Source: an uncultured Candidatus Saccharibacteria bacterium
GTDB taxonomy: Bacteria; Patescibacteriota; Minisyncoccia; Minisyncoccales; CAZWNE01
Direction: 5' to 3'
Assembly (NCBI GenBank): GCA_964635155.1
Contig: CAZWNE010000002.1
Span: forward strand, 1 to 44,678
DNA length: 44,678 nt
Shown here one piece after another: positions 8,856 to 15,638 of the stretch. Under the pieces are notes generated by a model, which saw only the letters and a list, made by a program, of their open reading frames with translations, did no database searches and was not told where the DNA came from. Positions within the stretch are counted from its first letter, which is position 1. Every line of letters starts with the position of its first letter. Both the position numbers and the translations under genes were made by a program.

Positions 8856-10580
8856 ATGTTAAATCAGGAAATCGCAAAAATCTTTTATGAAATGGCTGAT
8901 TACTTGGAAATGGATGGAGTGGCTTTTAAGCCCTTTGCCTACCGCAAGGCGGCTATTAATTTGGAAACAATGGAAGAGAATGTCGGAGAAATTTACAAAA
9001 AAGGCGGGGTTAAGGCTCTGCAAGGCATTCCGGGCGTGGGCAAAAATATCGCCCTGCACATTGAGGAATATCTTAAAACCGGCAAAATCAAATATTACCA
9101 GCGGTTCAAAAAGAAAATCCCGATTGATTTGGAAGAGATAATCAGGGTGGAAGGAATGGGACCCAAGAGAGCTAAAATCCTTTACCAGAAATTGGGGATA
9201 AAAAATTTAAAAGACCTGGGAAAACAGGCCAAAGCCCATAAAATCGCCTCTTTGTTCGGTTTCGGCGAAAAAATGGAAAAGAATATCTTGGAAGGCATCG
9301 CTTTTTTGAAAAAAAGCAAAGGCAGATTTTTATTGGGAGATATTCTGCCCAAAGCCAAAGAAATTTATGAAAAATTGAAAAGCTTGAAAGAAGTGGAAAG
9401 AATAGAGATAGCCGGCTCTTTAAGAAGAAAAAAAGAAACCATCGGCGACGTTGATTTTTTAGTGATTTCTCCGAACCCTAGCCCGATTATGGACTATTTT
9501 GTAAAGATGCCCGGAGTTATCAAAATCTGGGCCAAGGGCGGGACTAAAGCTTCCATCAGGCTGAAAGACGGATTTGATATGGATATCAGGGTCGTGCCTA
9601 AAAAATCTTTCGGGGCGGCCTTGCAGTATTTCACGGGCTCTAAGGAGCATAATATTGAAACCAGGAAGATTGCCATGGATAAGGGTTTGAAGCTTTCAGA
9701 ATACGGGTTGTTCCGGGGGCCAAGGATGGTGGCTAGCCAAACCGAAGAAGATATTTACCGGGCTTTGGATATGGATTGGATGGAGCCGGAATTAAGAGAA
9801 AATCAGGGGGAAATTGAAGCTGCCCTTAAACACAAGCTCCCTGTTCTTATTGGTTATCAGGATATAAGGGGCGATTTGCATGTTCATTCTGATTGGGACG
9901 GCGGAGTAAATTCCATTGAAGCTTTAGCCAAAGCGGCCCAGAAAATGGGATATGAGTATTTGGGGATTTCTGACCACACCAAGTTTTTAAAAATTGAACA
10001 CGGCCTGGATGAAAAAAAGATAATCTTGCGGAATAAAGAAATTGACAAACTGAATGAAAAGTTTAAGGTCCAAGGTTCAAGGTTTAAGGTACTAAAGGGT
10101 TGCGAGGCAAATATCTTGAACGACGGCTCCATTGATATCAAAGATGAAGTTCTGGTCCAATTGGATTATGTTATGGCCGGTATCCATTCCAATCTAAAAA
10201 TGCCTCGGGCAAAAATGACGGAAAGAATAATCAGGGCGATGGAAAATCCCAACGTGGATATTATTTCCCATCCGACCGGCCGGCTTATCAATAAAAGAGA
10301 CGAATACCAAATTGATTTTGAAGCGGTTTTAAAAGTGGCCAAAGAAACCGGCACGATTCTGGAAATTAATTCTTATCCCGAAAGATTAGATTTGAAAGAC
10401 CAGAATATCCGCCGGGCCAAAACAGCTGGGGTAAAAATGATTATCAACACCGATTCGCACCAAAAAGACCAGATGAGATTTATGGAGTTTGGCATTGCCC
10501 AGGCAAGACGTGGCTGGGCCGAAAAAGAGGATATTGTCAATTGCTGGCCGTTGGAAAAATTATTAAAATTTTTTAAGTAG
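8856..10580 (+). CDS. polX: Family X DNA polymerase with a C-terminal PHP phosphoesterase domain
   Basis: HhH motifs (GIPGVGKNIA, VEGMGPKRA), GSLRRKKETIGDVDFLV, and PHP GDLHVHSDWDGG. Confidence 0.9.
   Translation: MLNQEIAKIFYEMADYLEMDGVAFKPFAYRKAAINLETMEENVGEIYKKGGVKALQGIPGVGKNIALHIEEYLKTGKIKYYQRFKKKIPIDLEEIIRVEGMGPKRAKILYQKLGIKNLKDLGKQAKAHKIASLFGFGEKMEKNILEGIAFLKKSKGRFLLGDILPKAKEIYEKLKSLKEVERIEIAGSLRRKKETIGDVDFLVISPNPSPIMDYFVKMPGVIKIWAKGGTKASIRLKDGFDMDIRVVPKKSFGAALQYFTGSKEHNIETRKIAMDKGLKLSEYGLFRGPRMVASQTEEDIYRALDMDWMEPELRENQGEIEAALKHKLPVLIGYQDIRGDLHVHSDWDGGVNSIEALAKAAQKMGYEYLGISDHTKFLKIEHGLDEKKIILRNKEIDKLNEKFKVQGSRFKVLKGCEANILNDGSIDIKDEVLVQLDYVMAGIHSNLKMPRAKMTERIIRAMENPNVDIISHPTGRLINKRDEYQIDFEAVLKVAKETGTILEINSYPERLDLKDQNIRRAKTAGVKMIINTDSHQKDQMRFMEFGIAQARRGWAEKEDIVNCWPLEKLLKFFK
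10063..10090. repeat. 4 x heptamer tandem repeat (YYAAGGT) in frame within polX
   Basis: TTAAGGT CCAAGGT TCAAGGT TTAAGGT, read directly. It encodes part of KFKVQGSRFKVLKG. Confidence 0.8.
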
Positions 10581-10581
10581 T

Positions 10582-11007
10582 ATGGAGAGATCGGCTGGCG
10601 CCGTAATTTTCAGAAAGGAAGCGGGTAAAATTTTTTACCTTCTTTTGCGTTATCCGGCCAGGACTGGGAGGGCCAAGAGGGAATACTGGGATTTCCCAAA
10701 AGGCCATATTAACAGCGGAGAAACGATTGAAGATACGGTGAAAAGAGAAGTCCAAGAAGAAACAGGGCTGACCGATATTGAGTTTACAGAGGGATTTCAG
10801 TTAAAAATAAGATATTATTTGACAAAAAACCAGCAAAAAATTTTAAAAACAGTTGTTTTTTTATTGGCCGAGGCAAAAACGAAAAATATAAAAATTTCAG
10901 ACGAACACACCGGCTTCCAGTGGCTGCCCTATGAAGAAGCGTTAAAACGGCTTGTTTTCAAAAACGCCAAAAATATTCTTGAAAAAGCTGATAGTGTCCT
11001 AAAATAA
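10582..11007 (+). CDS. NUDIX hydrolase
   Basis: Nudix box GHINSGETIEDTVKREVQEETGL. Confidence 0.85.
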   Translation: MERSAGAVIFRKEAGKIFYLLLRYPARTGRAKREYWDFPKGHINSGETIEDTVKREVQEETGLTDIEFTEGFQLKIRYYLTKNQQKILKTVVFLLAEAKTKNIKISDEHTGFQWLPYEEALKRLVFKNAKNILEKADSVLK

Positions 11008-11031
11008 GAAAGCGCCCTATAGGGCGCTTTC
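11008..11031. terminator. Bidirectional hairpin between the NUDIX gene and rplT
   Basis: GAAAGCGCCC-TATA-GGGCGCTTTC, a 10-bp stem. It overlaps the rplT stop codon. Confidence 0.6.
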
Positions 11032-11373
11032 TTTTACTGTTTCAATTATTTTTTCAAATATTTTGGGATTATTTTGGGCGAGATTCGCCAGGATTTTTCT
11101 ATCCAGTTCAATTTTATTTTTTTTCAAACCGAAAATAAATTTGCCGTAACTGGTCCCCTGCGCTTTGCAGGCCGAGGAAATGCTAAGTTCCCAAGCCCGG
11201 CGAAAGTTCCTTTTCCTGACTTTTCTGTCTCGGTAATGATAAGACAGGGCTTTCATGACGGCCTGCTTGGCCGAAGCTATTTTTGATTTCCTGCCCCAGC
11301 GGAAGCCCTTTGTATAAGCCAATAAATGCCTTCTTCTTTTTTGGGAAAACATTCCCCCTTTTACTCTAGCCAT
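11017..11373 (-). CDS. rplT: 50S ribosomal protein L20
   Basis: MARVKGG...RRHLLAYTKGFRWGR...AYRDR pattern. Confidence 0.95.
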   Translation of the reverse strand: MARVKGGMFSQKRRRHLLAYTKGFRWGRKSKIASAKQAVMKALSYHYRDRKVRKRNFRRAWELSISSACKAQGTSYGKFIFGLKKNKIELDRKILANLAQNNPKIFEKIIETVKESAL

Positions 11374-11378
11374 GTTTT

Positions 11379-11567
11379 TTAACTATAAAGAAATTTTTTA
11401 ATTGCTCTCACTTCGGTTTTGGAAACCTCAACCCATTTCCGATTTTGTCGGATTTTTTTACCCGATTTTTTCGCGCCGTAATGGTCCAGGCCCGTATGCC
11501 TTCTTAAAATTTTTCCGTTCTTGGCAAATTTGAATCTTTTTAAAATTGATTTCCTTGTTTTTCCCAT
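11379..11567 (-). CDS. rpmI: 50S ribosomal protein L35
   Basis: MGKTRKSILKRFKF..GKILRRH.G..H, in the classic infC-rpmI-rplT order. Confidence 0.95.
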   Translation of the reverse strand: MGKTRKSILKRFKFAKNGKILRRHTGLDHYGAKKSGKKIRQNRKWVEVSKTEVRAIKKFLYS

Positions 11568-11583
11568 ACGCCGAGTTTTTATT

Positions 11584-12093
11584 TTATCCCTTACTAATTA
11601 ACATTGAAAATCCCTTCATTTCTCTTTTTAATTCCCTTTCGATTTTGATTGCCTCTCTTTTTCCCAATACCTCTAGAAATTGGCTTAGTTCCCCGGTGGC
11701 AAAATCATCCATGCCCTTTTCCCTGCCCCTTAAGACCATCTCTATTCTTATTCTATTGCCTTCTTTCAAAAATTTTTCCGCCAGTTTGGCTCGGGTTTCC
11801 ATGTCATGGGGCGATATATTAAAGGTTAATCTTATTCCCTTGACCTCTCCGCCCTTTCTCCCGGCGCTTCCAGCCTTTTCTTTTTTTTGGAGCCAATAAA
11901 GATATTTTCCGTAATCCATGAGCTTGCAGACTGGCGGCTCCGCTTTTTCCGTTATTTGGATTAAATCTAAATGGCGCTCCCGGGCCATTTGGAGCGCATC
12001 TTGCAGCGGCACAATTCCAACCTGATTTTCAGCATCATCTATCAGACGGATCTTGTCAGCCCTTATTTGATTGTTTAATAATGGTCTCTTAAT
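11584..12093 (-). CDS. infC: Translation initiation factor IF-3, most likely with an AUU (12093) or UUG (12096) start
   Basis: The IKRPLLNNQIRADKIRLIDD N-terminus matches the IF3 N-domain. The ATG at 12123 used by the ORF track lies inside the tmRNA T-arm. Confidence 0.85.
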   Translation of the reverse strand: MKRPLLNNQIRADKIRLIDDAENQVGIVPLQDALQMARERHLDLIQITEKAEPPVCKLMDYGKYLYWLQKKEKAGSAGRKGGEVKGIRLTFNISPHDMETRAKLAEKFLKEGNRIRIEMVLRGREKGMDDFATGELSQFLEVLGKREAIKIERELKREMKGFSMLISKG

Positions 12094-12097
12094 CAAG

Positions 12098-12450
12098 TGG
12101 AGGTGGCGAGAGTGAGCTCGCATCCAAGAATCGTTCTAAAGATAGTTCTACAAATGTATCCCATTTAATTTTTAGAGCCGAAAGTTTAAAATGAGAAAAA
12201 TCTTTCTGCTCCGGGTTCTTTGTTATTCAGTGGCTTTTCTGAACCCTTCTGAAAAAGCCATCTATCTCGCTGAATATGACACCCCCTATAGCACCTAGCG
12301 AGAATCCGAGAAGGGGATGCGCTTTAAGCTAAAGCTAAAGCGGGTTGTTCAAATAAGTTAGCACTTATTTTCACTTCTCAAAGTTTTGTGAGATTTGAGA
12401 AAACTCAAATTGCCTATCTTTATAAAACTCTTGTCGAAACTTTCACCCCC
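12098..12450 (-). ncRNA. ssrA: tmRNA (transfer-messenger RNA), tag ANLFEQPALALA
   Basis: 5' GGGGGUGAAAGUUUCGAC matches the tmRNA consensus. A 7-bp acceptor stem (GGGGGUG/CACCUCC) carries G3:U70, followed by discriminator A. There is a long P2 helix. The resume codon GCU at 12362 is followed by an ORF ending in ..ALALA-UAA at 12324. The gene is directly adjacent to smpB. Confidence 0.88.
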
Positions 12451-12895
12451 GTTTTAGTTCCCTCTGAATTGCTCGATCTAGCTCCCGTTTTTCGATTTTT
12501 TCTCTTTTGTCGAATTGCTTTTTCCCCTTGGCTATGCCGAATTCCAGCTTTATCTTTCCGTCGTTAGTATATACCCTCAAGGGTATTAAAGTCAAGCCCG
12601 ATTGCCGGGATTTGCCGATTAAGTATTGGATTTCTTTTTTTCTTAAAAGGAGTTTTCTTGAGCGCTGGAGATCGTAATTGCCAGGCATGTTTTTGGGCTG
12701 ATAAGGGGGAATGTTGGCGCCAACGAGATATGCCTCGCTATTTTTATCAACAACCACATAAGAACCGGTCAAATTCAGCCGGTTCATCCTTATTGATTTG
12801 ACTTCCTGGCCGATCAAAACCAGGCCTGCTTCAAATTTCTCCAGGATTTCATAGTCAAAATAAGCCTTCTTATTTTCCGCGAATATCTTCATCAT
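12443..12895 (-). CDS. smpB: SsrA-binding protein SmpB
   Basis: NKKAYFDYEILEKFEAGLVL.G.EVKS and a basic C-terminal tail. Confidence 0.95.
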   Translation of the reverse strand: MMKIFAENKKAYFDYEILEKFEAGLVLIGQEVKSIRMNRLNLTGSYVVVDKNSEAYLVGANIPPYQPKNMPGNYDLQRSRKLLLRKKEIQYLIGKSRQSGLTLIPLRVYTNDGKIKLEFGIAKGKKQFDKREKIEKRELDRAIQRELKRG

Positions 12896-12925
12896 CGCCT
12901 TCAGTTTAGCATGCGGTTTAAATTA

Positions 12926-12953
12926 TTGACAAGAAGCTCTAAAATGTTAAAAT
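12926..12953 (+). promoter_or_regulatory. Sigma70-type promoter (TTGACA-N16-TAAAAT) for the toxin-antitoxin pair
   Basis: Read directly. The -10 element ends 9 nt before the ATG at 12963, so the leader is very short or absent. Confidence 0.45.
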
Positions 12954-12962
12954 AAAATTATT

Positions 12963-13166
12963 ATGGAGCAAACTATTACTATTTCTAAAGATTTAATAAA
13001 AGAGGGGGAACTCATTCTTATTCCCCGTAAAAAATACGAGGAACTTTTAAATCGCCAGAAAGTGACCGAAAGGGATATTTTACGTTGGGCAAATGAAGCT
13101 AAGTTTCTGAAAAAAATCGGCAAACTACCCCGTCTTGAATCTTGGTCCAATCTTAATAAGAAATGA
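12963..13166 (+). CDS. Putative antitoxin (67 aa)
   Basis: A small ORF whose stop overlaps the toxin start (ATGA). No family was recognised by eye. Confidence 0.55.
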   Translation: MEQTITISKDLIKEGELILIPRKKYEELLNRQKVTERDILRWANEAKFLKKIGKLPRLESWSNLNKK

Positions 13167-13426
13167 AGATTTCCGGTATCTATTTTCACCCTCAATTTAG
13201 AAAGTCTTTTTTATTTTTGCCGGCAGATATTCGTGATAAAGCGAAAGAAAAAGTAAAAATATTCAGAGAAAATCCTTTTCATCCCTCGCTTGATACCCAT
13301 AAGCTCCACGGAAAATTAAAAGATAAGTGGAGTTTTTGCATAAAGGGACAATATAGGATTATTTTTATTTTTGACAATAAAGACGCTATTTTCTTGGATA
13401 TCGGTCCTCACGATATCTATAAATAA
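13163..13426 (+). CDS. RelE/ParE-superfamily (YafQ-like) type II toxin
   Basis: F.KSF..LP..IRDKAKEKV..F..NPFHPSL..HKL.GKLKD.WSF.I...YRIIF. Confidence 0.7.
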   Translation: MKISGIYFHPQFRKSFLFLPADIRDKAKEKVKIFRENPFHPSLDTHKLHGKLKDKWSFCIKGQYRIIFIFDNKDAIFLDIGPHDIYK

Positions 13427-13441
13427 TAATTTTATCTGGGT

Positions 13442-13470
13442 CAGCTTTAAATTCTAAGCTGTTTTTATTT
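13442..13470 (+). terminator. Intrinsic terminator after the toxin gene
   Basis: CAGCTT-8 nt-AAGCTG followed by TTTTTATTT. Confidence 0.55.
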
Positions 13471-13497
13471 TAGATAAAAATGAGTTAAAATAATACA

Positions 13498-15039
13498 ATG
13501 CTTCGTCAAGAAATAAAAAATTTAATAGAAAAAGTAGTAAAAGAGATCTATGGAATAAAGATTGAGGTTAAAATTAGCCAAACCGAAAATTCTGCTTTCG
13601 GGGATTATTCAACTAATATCGCGATGTTGCTTAAAAAAAATCCCCAAGAAATAGTAAACGCCATAGAATCCCCTATTTTAGAGAAAACAGAAGTAAAAAA
13701 CGGATTTATCAATTTTTTTGTTTCCAAAGATTATCTGCAAAAACAAGTTGGGGAGATTTTAAAAGAAAAAGAATCCTTCAGCAAACTCAAGATTGGCCGC
13801 GGCCAGAAAATAAATGTTGAATTTATTTCCGCTAATCCCACGGGGCCTTTGACTTTGGGCAACGGCCGGGGCGGATTTGCTGGCGACGTTTTGGCAAATG
13901 TGCTTGAAAAAGCCGGCTGCAAGATAACTCGGGAATATTATATCAATGATATCGGCGAACAGGTGAGGAAATTGGGCCATTCAATTATTGGCGATGCAGA
14001 AGCGGTTTACAGCGGCGACTATATAGCGGAATTGAGAAAAAGGATGAAGTCCGCCCTCGCTAAAGCTACGGCGGATAAAATCGGCGAAGAGGCGGCAAAA
14101 CTGATTTTTAAAGAAATGATAGAACCTATTATTAAAAAAATGGGGATAAAATTTGATGTCTGGTTTTCAGAAAAAAGCTTAACGCAAGAAAAAGACAAAG
14201 TTTTAGATTTTTTTAAAAAGAAAAATCTTATTTTTGAAAATGAAGGGGCTATATGGTTTAAATCAACTAAATTCGGCGATGATAAGGATAGGGTTTTAAT
14301 CAAAGCCGACAAGGAGGCAACCTACTTCCTTTCAGATATCGCTTACTTAAAAAATAAATTTAAGAGAGGGTTCGGCCGTTTAATCTTTTTCTGGGGAGCC
14401 GATCATTATGGCTATATCGGTCGGATCAAGGCGGCGGCCGAAGCTTTGGGCTTTGGCAAGGAAAAAATAGATATTATTATAATGCAGTTGGTCCGTTTGG
14501 TGCAGGCCGGCCAGGAGGTTAAAATGTCCAAAAGAACGGGAGTTTATGTAACATTGGACGAATTGATTAACGAGGTCGGATTAGATGCCGCTAGGTTTTT
14601 CTTTTTAGCGCGGAGTTCCGATAGCCACTTGAATTTTGATTTGGACCTGGCTAAAGAACAGTCGGAGAAGAATCCGGTTTATTATGTGCAATACGCTCAT
14701 GCCAGAATTTGCAGCATACTTAGAAAATCCGAAATCCGAAATCCGAAATCCGAAACAAATTCTAAATTGTTAAATCACGAAAGCGAATTAAACTTAATTA
14801 AAAAAATGATCAAATTCCCGGAAATTATTGAAGATACGGCAAAAGATTATCAGGTCCAGCGTTTGCCCCAATATGCGACGGATTTGGCGACAAGCTTTCA
14901 CCAATTTTACCGAGACTGCAAAGTCCTAAGCGAAGCCGAAGGATTGGCCCAAGCCCGCCTCGCCCTAATTTTAGCGACCAAAATAATATTGAAAAATACC
15001 TTAGATTTAATGGGTATTTCCGCGCCTGAGAAAATGTAA
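13498..15039 (+). CDS. argS: Arginine--tRNA ligase
   Basis: SANPTGPLTLGNGRGG (HIGH region), the MSKRTG motif, and the C-terminal anticodon-binding YVQYAHARI. Confidence 0.95.
   Translation: MLRQEIKNLIEKVVKEIYGIKIEVKISQTENSAFGDYSTNIAMLLKKNPQEIVNAIESPILEKTEVKNGFINFFVSKDYLQKQVGEILKEKESFSKLKIGRGQKINVEFISANPTGPLTLGNGRGGFAGDVLANVLEKAGCKITREYYINDIGEQVRKLGHSIIGDAEAVYSGDYIAELRKRMKSALAKATADKIGEEAAKLIFKEMIEPIIKKMGIKFDVWFSEKSLTQEKDKVLDFFKKKNLIFENEGAIWFKSTKFGDDKDRVLIKADKEATYFLSDIAYLKNKFKRGFGRLIFFWGADHYGYIGRIKAAAEALGFGKEKIDIIIMQLVRLVQAGQEVKMSKRTGVYVTLDELINEVGLDAARFFFLARSSDSHLNFDLDLAKEQSEKNPVYYVQYAHARICSILRKSEIRNPKSETNSKLLNHESELNLIKKMIKFPEIIEDTAKDYQVQRLPQYATDLATSFHQFYRDCKVLSEAEGLAQARLALILATKIILKNTLDLMGISAPEKM
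14724..14755. repeat. About 4.5 x heptamer tandem repeat (GAAATCC) in frame within argS
   Basis: AAAATCC GAAATCC GAAATCC GAAATCC GAAA. It encodes KSEIRNPKSET, just after the conserved YAHARICSILRK. Confidence 0.85.
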
Positions 15040-15051
15040 TAAGATATCAGC

Positions 15052-15633
15052 ATGAAGCTTAAAAATAGATATTTTTTATTAAGACACGGGGAGAATAACT
15101 ATCAAGTAAAAAGGAAAGAATTTGCTTATCCTGCGATTGATACTTTATCGGTGAAATTAACCGAAAAAGGAATAAGGCAAATAAAAAAAGCGGCCAGATT
15201 GCTTAAAAAAGAAGGCATTGATTTAATTTATTCCTCGGATTTTTTTAGAGCCCGCCAGACATCAAAGATCGTGGCAAAGGAACTAAATATCAAAAAAATC
15301 AATCTTGATAAAAGATTGAGGGATACAAATATGGGCGTATATCATGGGAGGGCAAAAAAGGAGTTCTATAAATTTCTCGGTTATAAAAACAGAAAATTTT
15401 CAACAAAACCGCCAAAGGGCGAAAGCTGGGACGATGTTGAAAAAAGAGAAGTGGGTTTTGTTAAAGAGGTTGATAAAAAATACAAAAACAAGAATATTTT
15501 AATAGTCGGCCATGGCGATCCTCTACGTCTGTTGGAAGGAGCGGTTAAGGGGTTAAGCCATAAAGAATTTTTAAGCCAGATTTTTACAGATAAAGATTAT
15601 ATTAAAGTCGGGGAATTGAGAAAAATAAATTAA
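15052..15633 (+). CDS. Histidine phosphatase family protein (phosphoglycerate mutase-like)
   Basis: N-terminal LLRHGE catalytic motif and a later GHGD. Confidence 0.8.
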   Translation: MKLKNRYFLLRHGENNYQVKRKEFAYPAIDTLSVKLTEKGIRQIKKAARLLKKEGIDLIYSSDFFRARQTSKIVAKELNIKKINLDKRLRDTNMGVYHGRAKKEFYKFLGYKNRKFSTKPPKGESWDDVEKREVGFVKEVDKKYKNKNILIVGHGDPLRLLEGAVKGLSHKEFLSQIFTDKDYIKVGELRKIN

Positions 15634-15638
15634 TTGGC

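Noticed and set aside
11546-11899. 117-aa plus-strand ORF
   Set aside because: It is antisense to infC/rpmI. It is a shadow ORF.
12094-12123. ATG at 12123 as the infC start (ORF-track call, adds MRAHSRHLHL)
   Set aside because: These 30 nt are the T-arm and acceptor 3' strand of the tmRNA. The conserved IF3 N-terminus begins at IKRPLLNNQIRA, and infC classically uses a non-AUG start.
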